Positions 18,323 through 27,448 of a DNA stretch of 64,000 bases are shown one piece after another (within the stretch, counting starts at the first letter, position 1; each line of letters opens with the position of its first letter). Made by a program: the position numbers and the translations under genes. Origin of the DNA: Mariniblastus sp. (GTDB lineage: Bacteria; Planctomycetota; Planctomycetia; Pirellulales; Pirellulaceae). The notes beneath the pieces are model-generated. The model saw only the letters and a program-made list of their open reading frames with translations. It was not told the origin of the DNA and did no database searches. Location: the NCBI GenBank assembly GCA_965263475.1, contig OZ253677.1, forward strand, positions 4,633,812-4,697,811. Direction: 5' to 3'.

Positions 18323-20773
18323 ATGAAACTTATACGTTTGTTGTTTCTTTTTTTGTTGCTTGCTGGATTGGGTTGGTGGATCGTGACCGGCCAGACTGAG
18401 CAGCGGGTTGCCAGCAGCAAGAATAGCGTGGCAGACGCCAAGGCGTCGGCAATGGAGGTTCCCGAAGAGCGTCCAACGTCGTACTTTTTTGACCAGCGCG
18501 CCTTCCCTCGAACAAAGATTGATCTCGTTGCCTATCGAACAGGCTGCCAACAGTTGGCGCAAATGAGGTCATTGTTGCCGTTTTCAGCTCCTGTTTGGGA
18601 GCAACAAGGTCCATGCAACATTCAAGGCAGAATCACAGATTTGGCCGTTGATCCGACCGATGAAAACACGGCCTATGCTGCTGCGGCCGATGGCGGTATT
18701 TTTCGAACGTTTGACGGCGGAGACACTTGGGAAGCGACATTTGATTTTATGCCGACGCTTTCAATGGGCGCTGTTGCGATTGATCCGTCGGATCCTAACG
18801 TCGTGTATGCAGGCACGGGTGAAGTCAATCCGGGTCGCGGCAGCTTGACGTACGGTGGCGCCGGGTTGTTTCGTTCCAACGACCAAGGCTCAACTTGGAC
18901 TTTGTTGGGTTTGGAGGATACGGGCTCGATTGGCCGAATTTTGATCGATCCGGAGGATCCCAACGTGATTCATGCGGCGGCAATGGGGCACATCTGGGAG
19001 CCCAGTGATGAACGAGGGATATACCGGACCGATGACGGCGGCGCGACTTGGTCAAGAGTACTTTTTGTTGACGAGGTTACAGGCTGTGTGGATTTGATTC
19101 AACGTCCCGATCAGCCGAGCGTATTGTTTGCGGCAATGTGGAGGCGTTTTCGTGGCCCCGAGAACTTTGAATATGGGGGGGCGAGCTGTGGGGTTTATCG
19201 CTCCAGCGATGGCGGCTTGACTTGGCAGCTTGAGTCCAACGGCCTGCCGGCTCCATCTCCCAATACTGGACGGATTGGTTTGGCGATTTGCCAATCTCAG
19301 CCGGACGTCATGTGCGTGTTGTACGGTCGGCATCCAGAAGGCAACTTGGACGCGATCTATCGTACGACGAACGGCGGCGAATCGTGGGCACCGATGAACA
19401 TTGGTCCAATTGCGGGATCGTATGGGACGGCCGCTGCGTGGTTTGGCAACATTCGAATACACCCTAACGATCCGGATTTTATCTTTGTCTTGGCGTTGCG
19501 ACTGCACAGCACGACCAACGCCGGGAACTCGTACAACGAATTCAACTCGCTACACGTCGACCATCATGCATTCGCCTTTGGTTCAGGCCGGAATCCCAAA
19601 ATGTATTCTGGTAACGATGGCGGTGTTTATACCTCACCAGACGGATTTCAATGGACCAAGACCACCGGTGATTTTCCAATTACGCAAGCCTACCGCATTT
19701 CTACCGCCAGTTGGAATGATGATGCCTTGTGGATAGGTACTCAAGACAACGGAACGAACCAAGACTTGGAACGCGATGGTGTGTTTGATCGAATTTTTGG
19801 AGGAGATGGGTTTCAAGCGTTGCCGCATTTAACCGATCCCAACCGAATTTGGGCTCAGTTTCAATATGGCAATGTGTTTTATTCGAACGACGGCGGCAAT
19901 TCCTTTGCTGATGCTCGTGGCGGACTTTTTGGCCGGGTCAATTGGAATGCACCTCACGCCCAGGATCCCAACGATCCAGAGCAGCGCTATTTTGGCACCG
20001 ACCGCGTCTTTCGCAACGTAAACGATACAGCATGGGAATCGATTTCCGGCGACCTGACCAGTGGTCCCCACCAAAACATCTCGGGGCAGGTCAATGGAAC
20101 GCTTACGGCAATCGCTGTGTCACCAGTGGACAGCGCGGTTTTGTGGACTGGAAGTGATGATGGGGTTGTGCACGTCAGCCAGAACGGTGGAACGCAATGG
20201 GAGAACGTATCGACGTCGCTACCGCAGCGTTGGGTGACATCAATATTTCCCCATCCGGAAAATACGGGAGAGGCTTTGGTGACGTTTTCTGGTTTTCGAT
20301 GGGGGGAAGACATTGCCCACGTATATCGAACTTTGGATTTTGGAACTTCATGGCACGCGATCGACGGAAATTTACCAGACGTTCCAGTCAACGACATTTT
20401 TATTGATCCTGAGAACACGGATCGCTATTTTGTTGCGACGGACTTGGGCGTACTTCAATCGACTGATCTTGGTGAGCATTGGAAGGTGTTAGGTGACGGA
20501 TTGCCAAACGTTGTCGTCAATGATCTTGCGTATCGAGCGAATACTCGGGAACTTTTGGCAGGTACCTACGGTCGGAGTATTTTCGCGATTTCGATGGATG
20601 CGGTTTTACTTGGAGACCTAAATGGCGACGGTTCGGTTGACTTGCTAGATGTCGAACCGTTTGTGCAGCTGATTGTAATTGGAGGATTTCAAATCGAGGC
20701 CGACGTAAATAAAGACGGCCGTGTCAATCTACTGGATGTCGAGCTGTTCGTTGATTTACTAGTCGGTAGTTAA
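18323..20773 (+). CDS. BNR/Asp-box repeat (sortilin/VPS10- or PSII-assembly-factor-like) beta-propeller protein with a C-terminal dockerin-like module
   Basis: Start re-set to ATG 18323 (MKLIRLLFLFLLLAGLGWW). It has at least five Asp-box-like motifs: TFDGGDTW, SNDQGSTW, TDDGGATW, SSDGGLTW and TTNGGESW. The tail is GDLNGDGSVDLLDVEPFVQLI...ADVNKDGRVNLLDVELFVDLLVGS (20612-20770). Confidence 0.75.
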   Translation: MKLIRLLFLFLLLAGLGWWIVTGQTEQRVASSKNSVADAKASAMEVPEERPTSYFFDQRAFPRTKIDLVAYRTGCQQLAQMRSLLPFSAPVWEQQGPCNIQGRITDLAVDPTDENTAYAAAADGGIFRTFDGGDTWEATFDFMPTLSMGAVAIDPSDPNVVYAGTGEVNPGRGSLTYGGAGLFRSNDQGSTWTLLGLEDTGSIGRILIDPEDPNVIHAAAMGHIWEPSDERGIYRTDDGGATWSRVLFVDEVTGCVDLIQRPDQPSVLFAAMWRRFRGPENFEYGGASCGVYRSSDGGLTWQLESNGLPAPSPNTGRIGLAICQSQPDVMCVLYGRHPEGNLDAIYRTTNGGESWAPMNIGPIAGSYGTAAAWFGNIRIHPNDPDFIFVLALRLHSTTNAGNSYNEFNSLHVDHHAFAFGSGRNPKMYSGNDGGVYTSPDGFQWTKTTGDFPITQAYRISTASWNDDALWIGTQDNGTNQDLERDGVFDRIFGGDGFQALPHLTDPNRIWAQFQYGNVFYSNDGGNSFADARGGLFGRVNWNAPHAQDPNDPEQRYFGTDRVFRNVNDTAWESISGDLTSGPHQNISGQVNGTLTAIAVSPVDSAVLWTGSDDGVVHVSQNGGTQWENVSTSLPQRWVTSIFPHPENTGEALVTFSGFRWGEDIAHVYRTLDFGTSWHAIDGNLPDVPVNDIFIDPENTDRYFVATDLGVLQSTDLGEHWKVLGDGLPNVVVNDLAYRANTRELLAGTYGRSIFAISMDAVLLGDLNGDGSVDLLDVEPFVQLIVIGGFQIEADVNKDGRVNLLDVELFVDLLVGS

Positions 20774-21462
20774 ACAACTACCATTCGGCGGCGAGACTTA
20801 ACGGAAGCTTCGATTGCCCATCAAACGAGTGTTAGGTTTACGTTTTCTTTACGTATCGCCCGAGCATTTTATAAATGCGCTCTTGAACTTAGACTCGTTA
20901 AAAGGAGCAACCGGGCAAACCATTGATGTGCAAATCGGTTCCGATATCAGAATTGGTGATTTTTTGCCATTGCCAAACATTTCTCAACGAGACGAAATTG
21001 TTAACCCGTTGGTGGCGGGGGCCGTTGAGCCAGTCATTTGTTGTTAAAGAGGGCTTTATTGGCTTTCTCCAAAAGGATGTGGTTCTAGCCGCTCTCGAAG
21101 TCAGAACGGAGTATTCCGTTGTCGCCGATCGACGGAAATTCGCCCTATTAAGAGCTATTGCGGTCTTCCGGCGGACAGTTTGGGAAACCCATTGTTTTTG
21201 CTGAACCAACCAACGCCCCGCCCGGGCTCAAACGTTTTTGCATTAAGGGTAAAGCCTGTGCCCGAGCTACTGGCGGCGCCTGTGGTACGTGTGTTGTCGC
21301 GTCTTGCCGGACGTCGCCGCGGATAGTTTTGGGTTTTGTCAGTACAGTTAGTGCAATAACCGTGAATTCTTGGTAACATCTCGATGCGCTAGATGTTGGC
21401 GTGTTTGTGTTGGCGAACCACAAAGGTGAGCGGTCGTTCGAATACCTTGCGGCGAGGATTCA

Positions 21463-21951
21463 ATGTCTTTTAATTCGATTAAGTCTAGAGTGGTCTTGTT
21501 TGGGTTGTTGTTGACGCTTGTTTGTCAAGGTTGCAATGAGCCACTGCCCACAGCGCAGCATGTTGACCAAAATTTGGTCGGCTCTTGGATCATGAAACGT
21601 GACGAAACGCTAAGGAAGCAAAAGAAGGTTTTTCGAGAAGCCGGGATTTTGAAGATCAATCAGGATGTATTCGATTTTCAACGAAACTTTGAAATGATGC
21701 AATTCAGAATGGAGTTGAGTAAGGATGCGGACTTCACTTGTTTTATGAGTGGAGTTGGTCAGTCGGGTAATGATTACAGTGGCTACTGGAAAACCGATGG
21801 CAACAAGATTTCCATCGTTCAAACCCACGAAGACGGGAAACCGAAACCAGATCGGATGGAAGGAACATACGATGAGAATCTGCTGTACTTGACGCACAAA
21901 CAGAATGATATTCTCGTTCCTTTCATATTTCAACGAGCCGAACAAAATTGA
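21463..21951 (+). CDS. Hypothetical lipoprotein
   Basis: ATG start and a signal peptide with a lipobox-like LVCQGC. Composition is protein-like; family not recognised. Confidence 0.55.
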   Translation: MSFNSIKSRVVLFGLLLTLVCQGCNEPLPTAQHVDQNLVGSWIMKRDETLRKQKKVFREAGILKINQDVFDFQRNFEMMQFRMELSKDADFTCFMSGVGQSGNDYSGYWKTDGNKISIVQTHEDGKPKPDRMEGTYDENLLYLTHKQNDILVPFIFQRAEQN

Positions 21952-22002
21952 CTGCAAGCCACTCGGTTGCCGGTTTTCTGGAATACTGACTGAATTTCTC
22001 AA

Positions 22003-22269
22003 ATGCCGGTTCGATCTGTACGAATTACCGGTAGTTCGACTTTTTTGATTGAGGAATTGATGCAACACAACAATTGGAAGTGTCCCAAGTGCGCGAATGC
22101 CAACTTTACAACTGACCGATTTCGCGCCACTGGCGGCGGTTTTGCGAAGATCTTTGATGTCCAGAACAAGAAATTTACGACGGTGACATGTACGCGCTGC
22201 AAGTACACAGAAATCTATCGCGCCGAAACTTCTGCTCTTGGTAACGTTTTCGACTTCTTTACTAATTAG
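22003..22269 (+). CDS. Small zinc-ribbon protein (CPKC...CTRC; resembles the DUF2082 / Zn-ribbon nucleic-acid-binding family)
   Basis: Contains WKCPKCANANFTTDRFRATGGGFAKIFDVQNKKFTTVTCTRCKYTEIY, two CxxC pairs. The start may be ATG 22060 (MQHNNWKC) rather than 22003. Confidence 0.6.
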   Translation: MPVRSVRITGSSTFLIEELMQHNNWKCPKCANANFTTDRFRATGGGFAKIFDVQNKKFTTVTCTRCKYTEIYRAETSALGNVFDFFTN

Positions 22270-22287
22270 CGATAGTTTTCCCTCTTT

Positions 22288-22623
22288 ATGTTGCCGATTC
22301 GTGTCCATTTGGCTTTAACGGTTCTACTCGAGTTTGCCGGATTCTTTGTCGCTGCGGGATTAACCGGTGTGCTTTGGGCAACTGGTGTTGTAGGGACTCA
22401 ACTTTGGGTTGTCGCCCTGGTGCTGTTGATTTGCTTGGTTATCGGTACCGTGGTGCCGCAGATCTTGATGAGGCGCCTCATTCCAGCAGCTTGCCAACGA
22501 GAAAATTGCCAAGGAGCAGCTTTTGCAAGAGGGTCAAAACCGATTTGTTACGTTTGTAAGGATTGTGGTTTTGAGTTGGATACCGGCGTTTCCGATGGCG
22601 ATGGCCGCCACCGTTGGCACTAA
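22288..22623 (+). CDS. Small membrane protein with a C-terminal Cys-cluster (zinc-ribbon-like)
   Basis: ATG start and two or three predicted TM helices, followed by CQRENCQG...CYVCKDCGFE. Confidence 0.45.
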   Translation: MLPIRVHLALTVLLEFAGFFVAAGLTGVLWATGVVGTQLWVVALVLLICLVIGTVVPQILMRRLIPAACQRENCQGAAFARGSKPICYVCKDCGFELDTGVSDGDGRHRWH

Positions 22624-22807
22624 GTCAGCGCGTTAAATTTTAACGATCGTCAGGATATTGATACCCAAACTCGGTACCGAAAAAAGTATTGGTTATTCCG
22701 GTCGAATCGAAGATCGCAAATTTTTGCAGAATCCGTTTTTTCACGTCGATCAAGAAAACACGGTTTTCGCCCGAGTAACGAAAAAAACTCCCGCCCGAGT
22801 AGTAACC

Positions 22808-23857
22808 ATGTGCCTACGCGCCTTATTTCGAAGAGTTGGGATAGCGTCGCTGACGCTAATGTCTTGTTTCGGCTCTCCGCTTTCTGGACAACTGTGGGAT
22901 GTATCTGGTGATGTCGATCCGACGTCGGCTCGGTACATCAACAACGTGCCCAATCGACTACAAGGAAACTCCCAAAACACGTTTCCTTTCGGTAATTTTG
23001 GCGGCTGCGTTGATTACACCAATAGTAGCTGCGGTCGGCTCCGTCCGAGCGTGTCATTGGAGGCCTTGTTTTTGTCGCGATCAGATATCTCAGGCCCGAC
23101 ATTTGTATTCGATATGAGTGGTCCTGTACTGGACTATAGTGACCTGACATTCGATTTGGAAACGGGGTTTCGAGTCGGGTATGGGGTTTTTACGAACGAT
23201 CAATCTGGTTTTGAATTCCAATTTCTCAGGCACGAAAACGACTTTGACCAAATCGTTGACGGGCCAAGTGTGACGCCAGTTTTTTTTGGCGGTGTTCCGG
23301 CAAGTCCCGTTTCATCGTACGACGTTGTCTATGATGTCGAGATGACAAGTTACGAAGCAAACTACTGGATTCGTGCGAACCCGTCGACGCGCATCGGTTT
23401 GGGCGGTCGCGTATTTGATTTCAATGAGACGTTCGACATACTGTTTGATGGGGCGGCCGGAGACGGGTTTTTCGGCAGGACCGAAAACCAGTTGTACGGT
23501 TTGCAGGTCGTCGCAGATCACCGTCGGTCACTTGGGAACGGTTGCGCCATCGTATTGGCTGGCAAAGCTGGAGGTTTTTTCAATGATTTGGAAGTCGAAG
23601 GCGTTACACAGACCGCCGTGCTCAATCGGGGCGGAGACGAGTTTTCGTTTGCCTTAGATTATCGAGCAGGGATTGAACTACAGTTAGACTTTATGACCAA
23701 GTTGTTTATCGGATATCAAGGTGTCTATGTCACCGATCTTGCCCTAGCGCCGACGCAAAGCAACAACTTGTCAGTTTTTACCCCAGCAGCGGGTAGTGTC
23801 TCGTTGGAAGATATTAACTACAACGGTCTGTACGCCGGTGGCTCGATTACATTTTGA
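22808..23857 (+). CDS. Putative outer-membrane beta-barrel protein (planctomycete BBP7-like)
   Basis: Start re-set to ATG 22808 (signal peptide MCLRALFRRVGIASLTLMSCFGSPLSGQ). It shows an alternating beta-strand pattern and ends in an aromatic residue (...YAGGSITF). The family assignment is tentative. Confidence 0.5.
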   Translation: MCLRALFRRVGIASLTLMSCFGSPLSGQLWDVSGDVDPTSARYINNVPNRLQGNSQNTFPFGNFGGCVDYTNSSCGRLRPSVSLEALFLSRSDISGPTFVFDMSGPVLDYSDLTFDLETGFRVGYGVFTNDQSGFEFQFLRHENDFDQIVDGPSVTPVFFGGVPASPVSSYDVVYDVEMTSYEANYWIRANPSTRIGLGGRVFDFNETFDILFDGAAGDGFFGRTENQLYGLQVVADHRRSLGNGCAIVLAGKAGGFFNDLEVEGVTQTAVLNRGGDEFSFALDYRAGIELQLDFMTKLFIGYQGVYVTDLALAPTQSNNLSVFTPAAGSVSLEDINYNGLYAGGSITF

Positions 23858-24149
23858 TTCAAGGACAGGTTGGCCGATATTTGTTGACTTGCCGTTGGAC
23901 GTAGAAGGAGATAGGGCTGGTCTAGGCGAAAGGCAAGGCCATGTAAGTTTTTCTTCTGTTTTACGAGTTGTCTTAGTTTTGCATCTGCTTGGTGAACGTG
24001 GCGCCTGCCAGCACCTCCTCCTTCGGTTCCGGTGGTTAAGTCGGAGTTGGCAATTTGCAATTGGTCTGAATTTGCAGATTTACGATACCCAAGGTTTTCG
24101 TTTGGTTTACATTGGATGCATTTGCACGATCCCTGGGTTGAGAATCAAT

Positions 24150-24464
24150 ATGAGTGAGTTTTTGTTTGCGGCCAACACGTCGGAAATTGATGACGGTCAG
24201 AAGGTTTTGGTAGAAGTCGACCAACGTCTTGTCATTTTGTTTCGTCAGGGCGAATCGTTTTTTTGCGTCGATGACATTTGTACTCATGATGGCGGTTCGT
24301 TGTTTGACGGCGAACTCGACGGATTTGAGATCAGTTGCCCCAGGCATGGGGCGAAGTTTGATATACGTGACGGTAAGGCCCTGTGTATGCCCGCAACGCA
24401 ACCGACGCAATCGCACGAAGTTAAAGTCGACGGCGACCAAATATTGGTTAAAATAGCGATATAA
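24150..24464 (+). CDS. Rieske [2Fe-2S] ferredoxin-like protein
   Basis: Start re-set to ATG 24150 (MSEFLFAAN...). Carries the Rieske ligand pairs CTHDGG...CPRHGAKF with canonical spacing. Confidence 0.85.
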   Translation: MSEFLFAANTSEIDDGQKVLVEVDQRLVILFRQGESFFCVDDICTHDGGSLFDGELDGFEISCPRHGAKFDIRDGKALCMPATQPTQSHEVKVDGDQILVKIAI

Positions 24465-24479
24465 ATCGAAAGGAATGTT

Positions 24480-24803
24480 ATGCCGTTACACGAAGATCAC
24501 GTCCGAGAAAAACTGAAGAAAGTCATTGACCCCGAGCTGTTCGTCAACATCGTAGACCTGGGGCTGATATACGTCGTCGATGTGGTCCCCATCGAAGGTG
24601 AAGAGGACAAGTACAACGTCAATATTGAAATGACGATGACCAGTCCAATGTGTCCGGCAGGTCCACAATTGGTTTCTCAGAGTAAAGCAGCAGCTGAGGA
24701 ATTTGACGAAGTGGTCGAGGCGAACGTTAAAGTGGTCATGGATCCGCCCTGGACTCAAGACATGATGACTGACGATGCGAGAGACCAATTGGGCATTTTT
24801 TGA
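24480..24803 (+). CDS. DUF59 / SufT-PaaD-like metal-sulfur cluster assembly factor
   Basis: ATG start preceded by aaaggaa. Contains VIDPELFVNIVDLGLIYVVD...MTMTSPMCPAG, typical of DUF59. It begins 15 nt after the Rieske gene. Confidence 0.85.
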   Translation: MPLHEDHVREKLKKVIDPELFVNIVDLGLIYVVDVVPIEGEEDKYNVNIEMTMTSPMCPAGPQLVSQSKAAAEEFDEVVEANVKVVMDPPWTQDMMTDDARDQLGIF

Positions 24804-25046
24804 CTCAATTGTCGCAATCTAAGGGAAACAGCGACAATTCCAACGGATTTTGTCGTTATCAAAGCGCCAGTTCTCCCGTCAGCGATTCGTCTAAACTTGT
24901 CACGTATTTTTGTTAGAATGCGATAGCCGCAGTTTTGCTGCGGCGATTCTAATCGCGGGCAGCATCGCCATGTTTGCCGTCATGTGAACCTGGATTCGGT
25001 GTTCGACCTGTGGTTTTCAAATACTATCAATCGATGAGATATATAT

Positions 25047-26225
25047 ATGAGTACTGCAAGTTCACCATCAACCTCAGCGGCAGATTCGAATTCGAATGAC
25101 CCGCTTCGCCTGGTTGACGTCGACCACGTTCGCTTTTATGTCGGTAACGCAAAACAATCGGCGTATTTTTATGCTCAAGCCTTTGGATTTGAAATTGAAC
25201 AGGTTTCAGATTTGACGACTGGGCAGCGCGAGTCGGCAACGTATTTACTGACGCAAGGCAATATCCGATTTTTGATCACGACAGGATTGACCACCGATCA
25301 TCCCGCCCAACAGGAAGTCGGTTTATATGGCGATGGCATCAAGGACATCGCATTCACAGTAGACGATGCGACTTTGGCATACGAACAAGCATTGCGAAAC
25401 GGCGCGGAGTCTGCATTTGAACCTTACGAAGTCAGCGACGAAAACGGTAACGCTGTAATTGCGGGTATTAAGACATTTGGCCGCGTGATTCATAGTTTCG
25501 TTTCTAGGACTGGCGCGTACACATTGGATAAGGTCAAGAACGGTGGGCTGTTTTTGCCGAACTACGCTAAAGTCGAAAATTTGGCAATCAACGAATATAA
25601 CCGTGCCAATCCAACAGGCTTGTTTTATGTCGATCACTGTGTTGGTAATGTCGAACTGGGCAAGATGGATACCTGGGTGAAATGGTATGAAGACGTGCTT
25701 GGATTCAAACTGTTCAAGCATTTTGACGACAAGGACATCTCCACCGAGTATTCTGCGTTGATGTCGAAAGTAATGGATTCCGGACGGGAATTGATCAAGA
25801 TTCCGATTAACGAACCTGCGGAAGGGAAACGCAAAAGTCAGATTGAAGAGTACCTGGATTGGCATAACAATACTCCTGGTATTCAGCACTTGGCACTACT
25901 GACTAAAGACGAAATTGGAACCGTGGGAGAACTGCGACGGCGTGGTGTCGATTTCTTGGAGATTCCGGAAACGTATTACGACATCGTTTGGGATCGTGTG
26001 GGGGAAATTCGCGAAGATACAGACCGTGTCAAAGATTTGCGCGTTTTGGTGGATCGTGATGACAAGGGCTATCTGTTGCAGATCTTTACCAAGCCGCTTC
26101 AAGATCGACCCACGTTGTTCTTTGAAATTATTTGTCGCCGTGGCAGCGAATCTTTTGGCAAGGGGAACTTTAAGGCATTGTTTGAGTCGCTTGAGTTGGA
26201 GCAAGAACGGCGAGGAAATCTTTAG
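25047..26225 (+). CDS. hppD: 4-hydroxyphenylpyruvate dioxygenase
   Basis: ATG start, 392 aa. Motifs include VDHVRFYVGNAKQSAYFY, VDHCVGNVELGKM, INEPAEGKRKSQIEEYL, GIQHLAL, GYLLQIFTKP and FFEIICRRG...FGKGNFKALFES. Confidence 0.92.
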   Translation: MSTASSPSTSAADSNSNDPLRLVDVDHVRFYVGNAKQSAYFYAQAFGFEIEQVSDLTTGQRESATYLLTQGNIRFLITTGLTTDHPAQQEVGLYGDGIKDIAFTVDDATLAYEQALRNGAESAFEPYEVSDENGNAVIAGIKTFGRVIHSFVSRTGAYTLDKVKNGGLFLPNYAKVENLAINEYNRANPTGLFYVDHCVGNVELGKMDTWVKWYEDVLGFKLFKHFDDKDISTEYSALMSKVMDSGRELIKIPINEPAEGKRKSQIEEYLDWHNNTPGIQHLALLTKDEIGTVGELRRRGVDFLEIPETYYDIVWDRVGEIREDTDRVKDLRVLVDRDDKGYLLQIFTKPLQDRPTLFFEIICRRGSESFGKGNFKALFESLELEQERRGNL

Positions 26226-26258
26226 ATTCCGGTTTGTTAAATTGCCATGGCCCAAGAC

Positions 26259-26288
26259 GCAGCTGCAATCTTTGTAGCTGCTTTTTTT
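26259..26288 (+). terminator. Rho-independent terminator of hppD
   Basis: 9-bp stem (26259-26267 pairs with 26273-26281, one G.U pair) and a 5-nt loop, followed directly by T7 (26282-26288). It starts 34 nt after the hppD stop. Confidence 0.75.
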
Positions 26289-26310
26289 GTTAATCGGATT
26301 TCTTGATTTC

Positions 26311-27444
26311 ATGAGCGATTCATCGTTTAGTCTTGATCGAAAACAACGACTGGTCATCAAAATCGGGTCGTCGTTGCTGGTTGATGATCACGATACGCTC
26401 AAGCACACTTGGCTAAATAGCATTGCCGACGACATTCAAACACTTCGACAAATGAGCAAGGAAGTGGTGTTGGTTTCGTCCGGTGCAATTGCCCTTGGTA
26501 AAAAGATTGTCAGTTTCGAGGGCAAACGTATGCGTTTGTCCGAAAGTCAGGCGGCGGCGGCAATTGGCCAGATCGAATTGGGGCGCGTCTACCGCGAGGT
26601 ACTTGAACAACGTCGCCTAACGTGTGCTCAAATTTTGGTAACGCTTGAGGACACCGAGCAACGCCGGCGATATCTAAATGCCCGCAGTACCATTCAGAGT
26701 CTGTTGCGCTTGGGTGTCATTCCGGTCGTCAATGAAAATGACACCGTCGCAACCCACGAGATTCGGTTTGGGGACAACGACCGGCTTTCAGCGCGGGTGG
26801 CAACCATGGTCAGTGCAGACTTGTTAATCATTTTGTCAGATGTGAATGGGCTTTACACAAGTAACCCCGGTCAACCGGACGCGGAGTTTGTCTCGTTGGT
26901 TGAAAACGTCACCCCAGAGATTGAACGCATGGCCGGCGGTTCAATTTCGCCGGTAGGCACCGGTGGCATGACGACGAAAGTGCAAGCCGCCAAGATTGCC
27001 ACCCAAGCAGGAACGGAAGTCGTGGTGGCTTCAGGTCTCGCGTTGAACCCAATTTCCGCCTTAATCAACGGGGCGAAACATACGCTTTTCAAGACGCACG
27101 ACAATCCAATTTCGGCGCGAAAAAAATGGATCGCAAGTGATTTGGTAGATTGCGGCTCGGTAACGATTGATGACGGCGCGAAGGCTGCAATCCGTTCGGG
27201 CAAGAGTTTGTTGCCGATCGGTGTCGTCGGTTTTGTTGGTTCGTTTTCGCGCGGCGATGTGATACACATTTTGGACGTAACAGGGAGGCTAATCGGTCGT
27301 GGAATTTCGAACTACGATTGCGATGATACGAAACAAATCATGGGGCACAAGGCTGACAGGATTGGCGAAATCTTAGGTTTCGATGGGCCTGAAAACATAA
27401 TTCATCGTGACGACATGGTCTTGTTTGATTCGCATGGACACTAA
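26311..27444 (+). CDS. proB: Glutamate 5-kinase (with C-terminal PUA domain)
   Basis: Start re-set from TTG 26287, which lies inside the terminator T-run, to ATG 26311. Motifs include [44 protein letters not shown], GTGGMxTK and a PUA-like tail. Confidence 0.92.
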   Translation: MSDSSFSLDRKQRLVIKIGSSLLVDDHDTLKHTWLNSIADDIQTLRQMSKEVVLVSSGAIALGKKIVSFEGKRMRLSESQAAAAIGQIELGRVYREVLEQRRLTCAQILVTLEDTEQRRRYLNARSTIQSLLRLGVIPVVNENDTVATHEIRFGDNDRLSARVATMVSADLLIILSDVNGLYTSNPGQPDAEFVSLVENVTPEIERMAGGSISPVGTGGMTTKVQAAKIATQAGTEVVVASGLALNPISALINGAKHTLFKTHDNPISARKKWIASDLVDCGSVTIDDGAKAAIRSGKSLLPIGVVGFVGSFSRGDVIHILDVTGRLIGRGISNYDCDDTKQIMGHKADRIGEILGFDGPENIIHRDDMVLFDSHGH

Positions 27445-27448
27445 AGCT

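Noticed and set aside
21008-21232. On the minus strand, ...GGCCCCCGCCACCA resembles a tRNA/tmRNA 3' acceptor end. A complementary GGGCGGGG lies ~220 nt upstream, which raised the possibility of a tmRNA or tRNA-like gene.
   Set aside because: No T-arm (GTTCRANYC) precedes the putative acceptor strand. I could build no D-arm or tag-ORF/resume codon, and the length fits neither tRNA nor tmRNA. It is most likely chance complementarity of GC-rich runs.
21610-22308. A 232-aa ORF on the minus strand spanning two plus-strand genes.
   Set aside because: It is antisense to a lipoprotein ORF and to a recognisable zinc-ribbon gene. Its Arg/Ser/Leu-rich composition is typical of antisense frames, and it has no motifs.
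23796-24149. The 118-codon N-terminal extension of the Rieske ORF, overlapping the end of the barrel gene.
   Set aside because: Rieske ferredoxins of this type are ~105 aa. ATG 24150 yields a canonical N-terminus, and the extension has no protein-like features.
24807-24944. Two hairpins after the DUF59 gene (9-bp stem 24807-24839; 7-bp stem 24926-24944), considered as terminators.
   Set aside because: Neither is followed by a T-run, and the first has a 15-nt loop. They may act as stability elements or weak terminators, but the support is too thin to annotate.
25323-25889. A 188-aa ORF antisense to hppD. Similar antisense ORFs occur inside sdaA, proA, the RND permease, cstA and the 726-aa gene.
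   Set aside because: The sense-strand genes are strongly supported by family motifs, and the antisense frames have no motifs.
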